A stretch of 64,000 bases of DNA, taken from NCBI GenBank assembly GCA_026015185.1, contig JAOZGX010000103.1:2127-66126 (forward strand), in the 5' to 3' direction. The stretch is from Candidatus Bathyarchaeota archaeon (lineage in GTDB: Archaea > Thermoproteota > Bathyarchaeia > 40CM-2-53-6 > RBG-13-38-9). Positions 19,098-27,971 of this stretch are shown piece after piece. The stretch's first letter is position 1. Every line of letters starts with the position of its first letter. The notes below the pieces were generated by a model, which made no database searches, was not told where the DNA came from, and saw only the letters and a list, made by a program, of their open reading frames with translations. The position numbers and the translations under genes are program-made.

Positions 19098-20411
19098 ATG
19101 AATGATTTCGATGCTTTTATATCAATAATAGATATTGAAGAGGAACAACTTGCATCAGGAGACGAATCAAAAGGTTCTTGGATTATAATAGAACTTCCAG
19201 AAGGAAGTGATTATACTACAGTAGAAATTGAAGTTGAGGCACCAAATGAACCCAAGATTTGGCATCTATCTGCTGTAGCTCTAGCTTGGATTGTTGATAC
19301 GCAAGAATTCGATGTGTTTGGAGCCTACCCTGATAGAAATTTTGATGTGGAAGTCAAACCTACAAAATATACGCTCACATTAAGTGTAACTCCTTCTGAG
19401 TCAGAGAAGCATATGACAGTCACCGGAGGAGGAGAATACGAAAGTGGGCAAAAAGTTGAATTAAAAACTGCGGAAAAAGTTCCAGGTGCAGAAGGAACTC
19501 AATATATTTTCGAAAAATTCTTGATCAACGGAAAGGAAGAGACTGCAAACCCAACAATCATAACGGTAGACCAAGACTATGATATCGTCATGAAATATAG
19601 TACGCAATACTATCTCACAGTTGAGTCAAGTTACGGTACAACATCTGGTGAAGGGTGGTATGAAGATGGGGATAAATCCTTTGCATCTTTGGATATAGAA
19701 AAGATGAGTTCTGGATTTCCTTATGTCTGGAAATTCAAAAGGTGGAGTGGTGATGCTTCTGGTACAGGGCTAACTTCATCTCCTATTACAATGGACAGAC
19801 CTAAAAAAGCTATTGCAATTTGGGAGCAAGAGTTTGGGTGCTTTATTGCTACAGCTACTTATGGCTCTGAGCTTTCACCTGAAGTAACATTTCTAAGAGG
19901 CTTTAGGGATGACCTAGTTTTAACAACATATGCTGGCAATCAATTTATGCAAGTCTTTAACAAGCTCTATTACTCCTTTAGCCCATCAGTAGCTAGGTTT
20001 GTATACGAGAACAATGATGTTGGAATGGCTATGAAGCTAGCTTTATACCCTCTTTTGGGAATACTCCATGTATCAGCTGTGACCTACTCAATTTTCAGTT
20101 TTACTCCAGAGTTAGCGGTAATCTTGTCTGGCTTTGTCGCTAGTTCATTAATTGGTCTAATTTACTTCACGCCAACCACTTTAGGCCTTACAATGATTAC
20201 GAGAAAATTCAAGGGAACAAAGCTAAATACTGGGCATCTAATGCCTATTGCGATATTGGTCTTTTTGAGTATCTTATCGATTCTCATAGGAGAAATTACA
20301 AGGATCACGATGCTAGTACAGATAGCTACAGCAACTTTTGTACTGTCGATCATCTACCTTACTTCTTTATTTGCGACTATGAAAATAGCCAAACGCACTA
20401 GAATTTTCTAG
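19098..20411 (+). CDS. Cell-surface protein with Ig-like region, CFIATATYGS...LRGFRDD motif and a 4-TM C-terminal anchor (possibly a continuation of 18885..19094)
   Basis: No signal peptide of its own; this would be supplied by the upstream fragment if the TAG is read through or is an error. The CFIATAxYGS motif is typical of archaeal surface-protein anchoring domains. TAG stop. Confidence 0.6.
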   Translation: MNDFDAFISIIDIEEEQLASGDESKGSWIIIELPEGSDYTTVEIEVEAPNEPKIWHLSAVALAWIVDTQEFDVFGAYPDRNFDVEVKPTKYTLTLSVTPSESEKHMTVTGGGEYESGQKVELKTAEKVPGAEGTQYIFEKFLINGKEETANPTIITVDQDYDIVMKYSTQYYLTVESSYGTTSGEGWYEDGDKSFASLDIEKMSSGFPYVWKFKRWSGDASGTGLTSSPITMDRPKKAIAIWEQEFGCFIATATYGSELSPEVTFLRGFRDDLVLTTYAGNQFMQVFNKLYYSFSPSVARFVYENNDVGMAMKLALYPLLGILHVSAVTYSIFSFTPELAVILSGFVASSLIGLIYFTPTTLGLTMITRKFKGTKLNTGHLMPIAILVFLSILSILIGEITRITMLVQIATATFVLSIIYLTSLFATMKIAKRTRIF

Positions 20412-20619
20412 AATTACGGAAGAACACTCAATTAACTTTCCTTTTTTTATTGGTGCGCGCTACACTATACTTCATGGCTTTAGAGATAAATCGGTCAATG
20501 TAATAATCCTTAAATAGCACATCATTTACATGTGGTGTAAACAAAATTAGTATTGCCAGAAATGGTCAAAAATGATTGACGAACTAGCACGCTATTTCAA
20601 ATATATCAATTACTAGGTT

Positions 20620-21990
20620 ATGGTATTTTCTGAATTAAAACTAGAGGAAGTTGAATCGAAAATGTTTTCGCATAAAATTAAGGTTTTACTTATCATTTTC
20701 ACTTTATGCTCTATGATTTCAATCGAAACAGGTTTTAGGACAAGGATATTTGTACAAGCTGAGAATAGTGTGGATAATGGCGACATTGAAAAAGTAAGAA
20801 TAGTGGATAGAGACGCTTTAAAGAAAAAGATCGATGAAAATGAAGATTTTGTTCTATTTGATGCGCGTACCTTAAAGAGTTACGAAAAAGAGCATATAAT
20901 AGGCGCGATATCTCTTCCTGTCAATGAGGCTGAAGTTAGGGTCGGGACCATCATCCCAGATAAGAATAAAGAGATAATTGTTTATTGCAGTAGTAAATAT
21001 TGTCCTGAAAGTTCTCTTTTAGTGGAAATACTTGTTGATTTGGGCTATACAAATGTAGCGCATTATGAGGGGGGAATCGATGATTGGAAAGAGGTAGGAT
21101 ATCCAACAGAGAAAAATGAGCGCGCGCGCTTACCTGTAGATGCTCAACAAGATTACACAATAATCTCTAATGAAATAGATTCGACTGTAGTTTTTGATGG
21201 AAAATGGACTACTGATGAAGAATGGAAAAATGGAACTCCAATATCTATGAGATTTAATCCTACTGCGCAAAATGTTGGCCTCATAAATAACGGTACGGTA
21301 TATTGTCAAATAAAGCGTGATGGTGAGGAATTATTCGTTCTGATCGATGCTGTTTCATCCCCAGATCCTTCTGGGAATTATACATCTGGATGGGATTTCT
21401 ATGGAGTGTGTATCGACTCTAATAATGAAAAGTCTGAATACCCGATGAAAGACGATTTAATTATTTCATTGACTTGGTTACTTCAAAATGGGAGCTACTG
21501 GGTAATGAATGGTTTTGGTAGAGTTACAGAGCCTGGATGGGATGCGGCAAATGCAAGAAAAGATCCTGTATACCTAAAACACTCAATTAGTTCATCACCA
21601 TTGTCTGAGAAACCCCATGTAGTATGCGAATTAGCCATTCCATTAGAAGATATGGGTGATGAAATTGGTTTTGGAGTAGTTGCTATTAATTTTTCAAACA
21701 AAACCATTAATACGTGGCCAGACAATTTTGTGGACGGTTCACCCAAAACTTGGGGAACTGTGATTATTAACAAAACAACCGAAATCATTGAGACACCAAT
21801 TTCTATTCAAACAACTAAACCAGCTCAAAATCAAACTGCACCTCCTCCAACTGAAGAAATCGATAAGAATGGTTCGATGAATATTTGGGAATCTCTCTCT
21901 TCACAAACAATTTTCATATTAATTATTGGTGTTATACTGGTTGTCGCGATTATTTTTATAGCTAGGAAATTACTAAAAAGAAAGAAATGA
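20620..21990 (+). CDS. Secreted, membrane-anchored rhodanese-domain protein with a C-terminal beta-rich domain and a Pro/Thr linker
   Basis: Rhodanese fold FVLFDARTLKSYEKEHIIGAISLP ... IIVYCSSKYC (active-site Cys loop) ... YEGGIDDWKEVGYP. The likely start is M15 (signal peptide MFSHKIKVLLIIFTLCS). C-terminal TM plus KRKK. Confidence 0.7.
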   Translation: MVFSELKLEEVESKMFSHKIKVLLIIFTLCSMISIETGFRTRIFVQAENSVDNGDIEKVRIVDRDALKKKIDENEDFVLFDARTLKSYEKEHIIGAISLPVNEAEVRVGTIIPDKNKEIIVYCSSKYCPESSLLVEILVDLGYTNVAHYEGGIDDWKEVGYPTEKNERARLPVDAQQDYTIISNEIDSTVVFDGKWTTDEEWKNGTPISMRFNPTAQNVGLINNGTVYCQIKRDGEELFVLIDAVSSPDPSGNYTSGWDFYGVCIDSNNEKSEYPMKDDLIISLTWLLQNGSYWVMNGFGRVTEPGWDAANARKDPVYLKHSISSSPLSEKPHVVCELAIPLEDMGDEIGFGVVAINFSNKTINTWPDNFVDGSPKTWGTVIINKTTEIIETPISIQTTKPAQNQTAPPPTEEIDKNGSMNIWESLSSQTIFILIIGVILVVAIIFIARKLLKRKK

Positions 21991-22033
21991 TGCTTTAAGT
22001 TCTCCCCTACTAGTACGCGTGCTTTTAATGTAA

Positions 22034-22273
22034 ATGGAGCTAGCCATCTTGTCGAGAGACGTGTCTTTTCGTAGAGATATTTACTTTGCTTTTTTAGGCG
22101 CTATGCTTGGCTTTATCGTTTTTGTGATATATGATATCTACGTTGACTTTGCAACAATCCTATTTGATCTGACTTTCAAAGGTAGATTTTATGCTAAGGT
22201 GTTTTTATCATCAATCATATTCTTAATCGTAATCTTACTAGCAAGGATATGGATAAGGCGATTTCAGCATTAA
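22034..22273 (+). CDS. Hypothetical small 2-TM membrane protein
   Basis: 79-aa hydrophobic ORF. No homology recognised. Confidence 0.3.
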   Translation: MELAILSRDVSFRRDIYFAFLGAMLGFIVFVIYDIYVDFATILFDLTFKGRFYAKVFLSSIIFLIVILLARIWIRRFQH

Positions 22274-22306
22274 TTGAGTTGCTTTTTTAGCGTGTGCTTT
22301 TTATTT

Positions 22307-22346
22307 TTCGTCGTCGTCGGGTACCTTGGTGCGCGACGACGACGAA
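22307..22346. terminator. Strong hairpin between convergent genes: 13-bp stem TTCGTCGTCGTCG / CGACGACGACGAA with a 14-nt loop GGTACCTTGGTGCG, preceded by a T-run
   Basis: Read directly. The stem is a (TCG)4 tract and the loop carries the recurrent GGGTACCTTGG motif. Sits between the stops of 22034..22273(+) and 22382..24505(-). Confidence 0.4.
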
Positions 22347-22381
22347 ATTCATACATCAATATGATCGCCGTGCTATGAGTT

Positions 22382-24412
22382 CTATACCCCATTCGTAGTA
22401 TTCGTAATAGATTGCATTACCTGGAAAACGCCTTGATCAGATGCTAAGAATTTTCCTCCCTCAGATATCATTTTATCAGAAACATATCCTCTCATCGAAT
22501 AAGAACCGCTGGAAGCTTGATCCGACAATTTAAAGCTGATACGAATAATAATCGGGCCTTCATCATCCTTAACAGTATTTTTAATTACATTCTGGATCAT
22601 TAGTATCTGCAGTGGAACCCCATTATCATCCTCTATTTCGATCCAAATAATTCCGTTTAATTCGTCACCTCCGTTATTTATATCCAGAACCACATTTACA
22701 GTTTCTCCTGGACTGAAAATATTCTTTTTCGAATTATTCACATCTGTAGAATAGATAGTGGCTATGATAATAGCTGGATCTGAGCTTTCGCCTACGACAA
22801 ATGACGTTAGGGCATAGGCGTCTCGAACATCTAAATTACTTGCAGTAATAAAAAGTTGATACGTTCCTGATTTGGAATTATCGCCTAGAGTAAAATTATT
22901 ATAAAAACTTCCATGTATATCGGTTGTTGTAAGGCCTATGTGAGCGACATCACCTGAATGATCTGCTACTTGGATAGAAATTGAGACATTATCTGTTGAA
23001 ATGCCCCAACCATCAACCTTTCCATCAATATGAACAGTTTCTCCTGGATTGTATGCTAGCTTATCTGTGGAGATTTCCACTTGCAATGAAGCCCCAGATA
23101 TAATAAGAACTAGACTTGTAGCACATATAGGTCCACCTTCAGCATTACACTTACCCGTTATTGTTAGATAATATATACCTGGAGTGACAAGGAAACCTGT
23201 ACTTACAAGAAGTGTAAGATCTTGTTCATTATCTTGGCCAATAATTACCGGATTTGTACTGAACTCCGATGTGCAATTTTTTGGTAATCCCCCCACTGAG
23301 AAATTTATTGGATCTTCGCTAAGGCCAGAGGTTGAGATAAATATATTATACTTTACAGAATCGCCAGGGATCACCAATTGTGAATTTGGATTTACCTTAA
23401 AATTGAATTCAACTTCTGTGCTGCTTTTGATCCTTAACGTTACATCAAATTTTCTTACCTCATTCAAATGCTTAGCTGAGATTGTAAGGTTATAAATGCC
23501 ATCAGGTGTGCTTGAATCAGAAATAATTTCCATTTTCGAGTTGAATGGGGGGATTCCTGAAGGATTTTCGAAAATTACTTCAGCATCAATAGGTAATCCA
23601 GAGATATCAATTGGAACCTTGTTATAATATTCACCGATAGAAAGGACTTCCACATCGTAAACAGCTGTTTCGCCTGCATCAATTATCTGGAAGTCTGGAT
23701 TAGCTGATAGTGAAAATTCCTTAGGGAGTTTGGCCTCAGTTCCAACATATACCATATCATAATATGCTGTTTGAATAATCCCGGTGCCATAGACATCCGC
23801 TAAGACAAGACCTACACCAGTTATATCAATATTTTGAGGTGGACCCCAAACTGCTGTATAATCTTCATATAAATTCCTTTCATGAGGCATCCATACTTTT
23901 TCAAGCTCATGAAACACGAAGGAATAGGATAATGAACTATTTATACGCGACCCATAATATTCAGAGATGTAATATCCAATTTTTCCATTACTGAATTTGT
24001 AAAAGATACCAATATAGCTGAAATGTTTTAAGGGAACATTCCAAACGAAAGCAGAAACTGTATCCTCCATAAGAGGAATAACAAAGCCTTTTTCAGTGAA
24101 ATCATAATTATACTTTATAACAGCCGATTGTCCTGGTTTTGTGGTTTGAGCTGAGAAAGATAATGATTTCTTTCCTTCGTAAGAAATATCTGCCTGTGTT
24201 TTGAATTCTATAGTTTCCCATCTCCCCTCATGTTCTAGTTTCCATTCGTCAATTCTACGCTCAAAATTCTCATAAAATAAGCTGGCTTCTCTGTAATCCT
24301 TTCTATCATTGTCTTCTTTGCCCAAAACATGGGGCGTATTTGAAATAGTAACTAAATTCATGCAGACAAGCAACAGAACCAATAATGAGGTAGTAGATAT
24401 CCTGGCCTTCAT
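22382..24412 (-). CDS. Large secreted cell-surface protein with multiple Ig/CARDB-like beta domains
   Basis: The likely true start is MKARISTTSLLVLLLVC (signal peptide) at 24412. The tracked ORF extends upstream through a TTG and the GCGCGCGC palindrome. TAG stop. Confidence 0.65.
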   Translation of the reverse strand: MKARISTTSLLVLLLVCMNLVTISNTPHVLGKEDNDRKDYREASLFYENFERRIDEWKLEHEGRWETIEFKTQADISYEGKKSLSFSAQTTKPGQSAVIKYNYDFTEKGFVIPLMEDTVSAFVWNVPLKHFSYIGIFYKFSNGKIGYYISEYYGSRINSSLSYSFVFHELEKVWMPHERNLYEDYTAVWGPPQNIDITGVGLVLADVYGTGIIQTAYYDMVYVGTEAKLPKEFSLSANPDFQIIDAGETAVYDVEVLSIGEYYNKVPIDISGLPIDAEVIFENPSGIPPFNSKMEIISDSSTPDGIYNLTISAKHLNEVRKFDVTLRIKSSTEVEFNFKVNPNSQLVIPGDSVKYNIFISTSGLSEDPINFSVGGLPKNCTSEFSTNPVIIGQDNEQDLTLLVSTGFLVTPGIYYLTITGKCNAEGGPICATSLVLIISGASLQVEISTDKLAYNPGETVHIDGKVDGWGISTDNVSISIQVADHSGDVAHIGLTTTDIHGSFYNNFTLGDNSKSGTYQLFITASNLDVRDAYALTSFVVGESSDPAIIIATIYSTDVNNSKKNIFSPGETVNVVLDINNGGDELNGIIWIEIEDDNGVPLQILMIQNVIKNTVKDDEGPIIIRISFKLSDQASSGSYSMRGYVSDKMISEGGKFLASDQGVFQVMQSITNTTNGV

Positions 24413-24474
24413 CTTTCTTTCCGAATTTAATATATCTTCCATATTTTTAAATGTTTTTTTGTAGCACATATTTG

Positions 24475-24486
24475 CGCGCGCGCTAC
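24475..24486. promoter_or_regulatory. GC palindrome variant GCGCGCGCGCTA, 63 nt upstream of the probable start of the surface-protein gene
   Basis: Read directly. A TTTAAAAATAT AT-box lies between the motif and the ATG on the coding strand. Confidence 0.35.
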
Positions 24487-24769
24487 TATAGCAAATAATT
24501 AACAATTTAATAAAGAGCCTATAAAAAATCGAGAAAAAAAATATAAATCCCTAAATTTTCTCGTCTATTCTATCTGACATTAATATTAAAGGGGATTCAA
24601 AAGTCTTTGTTAGGAGCATTCTTTTCTGACTTTTGTTTTACGATTGGATGCCAAAAAATTGAAACATGGAGATTAAGAAAGACCTTATCAAAAATGTTTA
24701 TTGGTATTTGGATATTGTTGTTATTTTTTTATTGTGCATATTATTTTTAGCGCATGCTCACATGAATCA

Positions 24770-24994
24770 TTATCTTCTAAGTATCAATTGGAGGATTGCA
24801 ACAACTACAAATGCTATTCCTGCATAAATCAGATTTGAAGTTATAAACCAAACTACTAAAGCAGCGATGATAGGTAAAATAAAGTACAATACTGTCTTTA
24901 GAATTGATACTATAATTAATCCAACTACCAATAATATTATGAAGATGATTATTTCACTGAAGCCTATTGAATTCAAGATAGAAAATTGATACAT
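24770..24994 (-). CDS. Hypothetical small 2-TM membrane protein
   Basis: 74-aa hydrophobic ORF in an 800-bp AT-rich gap. Confidence 0.25.
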   Translation of the reverse strand: MYQFSILNSIGFSEIIIFIILLVVGLIIVSILKTVLYFILPIIAALVVWFITSNLIYAGIAFVVVAILQLILRR

Positions 24995-25314
24995 AGTAAA
25001 AATCCAACCTATTGTATGGAATTGTAATTATGATATTATTTAAAATTTCAACAAGTGTATGTGGTTTCATAAGATCCTTTTTTTGCGGAGCCTCCTATGA
25101 TTGGCACCAATCAAATATCTGAATTATTTATATCGATGCGTACATATTTTCAATTTCTAATAAAATTAGAAAATAATTCCTATTAGATTTAATCAAAAAC
25201 ATGGTGGGAATGGTTAATATTAATCAGAATCATTATAGTAATTACTCGAAGTAGTGAAATTAAGTAAATTTTAAAACAGTTATCTATTGACATATTAGTA
25301 AGGTAATTTGTAAA

Positions 25315-26883
25315 ATGCAATCTAAATCTAGTAGAAAAATAGCTGTGATTCTCGCATCAATTTTGATAATCTCATCATTACATGTCCCTTATGCGTTTTC
25401 GCAAACAAATTTGACTCCTAATAGAACGACATCCCCTACCCGTGTTATGGAAGATGAAACTATAAGGATCACTATTGAACTGGAGGGTGCAGGGGATATA
25501 TCTGCATCACCTGTTGATACAATGATGGTTATAGATAAATCAGCCAGCATGGCTGGCGATAAGATCGCTGATGCCAAGACTGCTGCAAAAGCCCTTCTTA
25601 CACTTACCAATGAATTAGATAGGGCTGGTCTAATATCCTTTGGCAGTAGTATAAAAATCAAATATGAATTGGCAATTATGAACTCGACTAATAAAGAGGA
25701 TTTAGAAGACGAGATCGATGACATCACAACTAGTGGGCAGACTAATATATACGATGCCATAATTGCGACCAATGACCTCCTAAATGATTCTCCTAGGCAA
25801 AATGTTCCAAAGGTACAGATTCTTCTTACAGATGGTGCCCACAATTATCCAACAACGCGTCCAGATAGTGATTTCGAAGATCTAGCTGAAGATACAAGGG
25901 ATCAAGGCATCACAATATTCACAATAGGTCTAGGGGTCGACACCAACGAGGAAAGGCTTGGGATGATAGCAAATATCACAGGAGGAAGGTTCTTCTATGC
26001 TCCTACATCTGACGATCTGCCTGAGATATTCAGAGACATCGCAAGGATGTTGGCTTTGGTCGGTACAGACATCGTGGTAACAGAGAGGATCCCTGACTAC
26101 TTGACCTATAATGAAGACGCATCGAAAGACCCTGATGAAAGAAATGATTTTGTAGCCGTACCATTGGGTGTTTCAGATTCGCGCCCGCTACTTGAGCTCA
26201 AATGGAATGTTGGCAGAATGTGGTTGCGGGACGAGTGGAACGTCACTTATACTGTCAAGGCGGAAGACGCTGTGGATACCAGCGGCATTGTGAGCTTCTC
26301 GCAGATAACATACAAAACTCGCGAGGGGCAGTCAGTCACAATAGACCTCTATCAGGGATTAGTTTTTCACAACATATCATTAACAGACCTGATTATAGAC
26401 CCGACTAATGTGATCCAAGGCGATGTGATAAATATCACTGCTACCGTTGATAGCGAGGGCATGATTCAAGATACTTTTCCCGTTGATATAAGGTACGACA
26501 GTACGTTGTTGAACAGGCAGACCGTAACCTTGAGTCCAGGCGAGTCAAAAAACGTAACCTACTCATGGAATACTACTGGTGTGGAGGTTAGAGAGTATAA
26601 CATTACGGTTACCGCGGATCCAGATGAAAATATATGGGAGCAGGACAGGTCAGATAACACAGATAAAGATGAAGTGCGAATATCTACACAAAGCAACCTG
26701 ATAATCTTTTTGTTAATAGGACTCTTTTTCTTGATAATAGCTGTAGCTGGTGTAATAGGCGGTTACCTGTATGAAACAAAGGGAAGAAGATCCCAACCGG
26801 ACTATAGATGGTACTTTGCTGGATGTAGCTTGCGTGCAATATCAAAACTTGCGAAAAGTTCAAATCTAATCAAAGTTCGATAA
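25315..26883 (+). CDS. Secreted vWA-domain + CARDB-domain protein with a C-terminal TM anchor
   Basis: Signal peptide; MIDAS DKSASMAGDKIADAKTAAK (DxSxS), T and D sites; C-terminal CARDB-like beta domain (ITATVDSEGMIQDTFPVDIRYD...). Paralog of 58791..60338. Confidence 0.8.
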   Translation: MQSKSSRKIAVILASILIISSLHVPYAFSQTNLTPNRTTSPTRVMEDETIRITIELEGAGDISASPVDTMMVIDKSASMAGDKIADAKTAAKALLTLTNELDRAGLISFGSSIKIKYELAIMNSTNKEDLEDEIDDITTSGQTNIYDAIIATNDLLNDSPRQNVPKVQILLTDGAHNYPTTRPDSDFEDLAEDTRDQGITIFTIGLGVDTNEERLGMIANITGGRFFYAPTSDDLPEIFRDIARMLALVGTDIVVTERIPDYLTYNEDASKDPDERNDFVAVPLGVSDSRPLLELKWNVGRMWLRDEWNVTYTVKAEDAVDTSGIVSFSQITYKTREGQSVTIDLYQGLVFHNISLTDLIIDPTNVIQGDVINITATVDSEGMIQDTFPVDIRYDSTLLNRQTVTLSPGESKNVTYSWNTTGVEVREYNITVTADPDENIWEQDRSDNTDKDEVRISTQSNLIIFLLIGLFFLIIAVAGVIGGYLYETKGRRSQPDYRWYFAGCSLRAISKLAKSSNLIKVR

Positions 26884-26906
26884 TGTTAGCAAATGGTGAT
26901 TGAATT

Positions 26907-27284
26907 ATGAGCTATGCATATATTCCCAAACCTCCTAAAAGAGTCCTTTGCCAACCGCCACCTGAAACATATACATGTACACCCTCTCCAAGAGCTGTAA
27001 TGGTTCAAGATCCGCCCGTTCAATACGAATACTTCCCTCCACCAGTGGAGTATGTTGAACCGTCTCCTCCTGATGTTTATTACCAGCCTCCTCCTGAGGA
27101 ATTTGCGGTTGAAAAACCGCCTATAACATATGTCTACCAGCCACCCCCGGAGGAGTATTGCGTACCGCAACCTGCGGAGCACTTTATTGTTCAGCAGCCA
27201 GCATACAGAGTCTGTTATTGCTGTGGAGGAAATCTAGGAGAAACAGAGAGATTTTGCCCTAGCTGTGGAGCAGGACAACAATAA
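26907..27284 (+). CDS. Proline-rich repeat protein (YxQPPPEE repeats) with a C-terminal zinc ribbon
   Basis: Repeats QPPPETY, YYQPPPEEF and YVYQPPPEEY, then CYCCGGNLGETERFCPSCG. Lies directly downstream of the vWA gene. Confidence 0.5.
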   Translation: MSYAYIPKPPKRVLCQPPPETYTCTPSPRAVMVQDPPVQYEYFPPPVEYVEPSPPDVYYQPPPEEFAVEKPPITYVYQPPPEEYCVPQPAEHFIVQQPAYRVCYCCGGNLGETERFCPSCGAGQQ

Positions 27285-27492
27285 CCCATTTTTTTATTCT
27301 CATAAACTGAGAATCTATTTTTTTTCAATTGATATGGCACTCGCTATGGTGATTCTCTATTTAATTAAAATTAGAAAATGATATACATCAATTGGAACAA
27401 GATACACTCGATTTAAAATCTCCTTATTGTTAATGGAAAGTAATATATTTGTTTATTAAGAAATAAAATTCTAGGATTGGTGTATAATAAAA

Positions 27493-27852
27493 ATGAAAGC
27501 AAAAATTGGTGAATGGGCCTTCATTGCTTTTGTAATAATAGCGATCTTAGCTGGTCTTGCGGCAGGCATGGGTGGCGACGTAGCTCTTGGATGGGTCACA
27601 CTATTAATGGTGATTCTTGGTATAATAGTTGGGTTTACAACAATAACAACTAAAGAAGCCTCAACATTTCTTATGGCTGCAATCGCTTTGTTGGTTGCTA
27701 ATGCAGGCGGTGTTTTCCTAACAATCGATCAAGTACTTGCTCCCTTAGGAACCATTATCAATGCAATTTTGAATAATATTGCCGCATTCGTAGCTCCAGC
27801 CGCAATTATTTTAGCAGTCAAGGCAATAGTAGGCATAACCAAAACAAAATAA
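27493..27852 (+). CDS. Hypothetical small 3-4 TM membrane protein
   Basis: 119-aa Ala/Gly/Ile-rich hydrophobic ORF. Confidence 0.4.
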   Translation: MKAKIGEWAFIAFVIIAILAGLAAGMGGDVALGWVTLLMVILGIIVGFTTITTKEASTFLMAAIALLVANAGGVFLTIDQVLAPLGTIINAILNNIAAFVAPAAIILAVKAIVGITKTK

Positions 27853-27971
27853 ATACTTTAAAACCACTTCTTTCTTTTTTCTATTTTTTTTACTAAACAG
27901 CAATAGAATATGCAGTTTTTTCCTGAATAACATGCAATTAAGCAATTTTAAATAATCTTTAAACAATTTTA

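Noticed and set aside
24413-24505. N-terminal 31-codon extension of the surface-protein ORF starting at TTG
   Set aside because: The extension runs through the GCGCGCGC palindrome and a TATA-like box and precedes an obvious signal peptide (MKARISTTSLLVLLL). The start was reassigned to 24412.
25389-25844. 151-aa minus-strand ORF inside the vWA gene
   Set aside because: Antisense shadow ORF within a strongly supported CDS.
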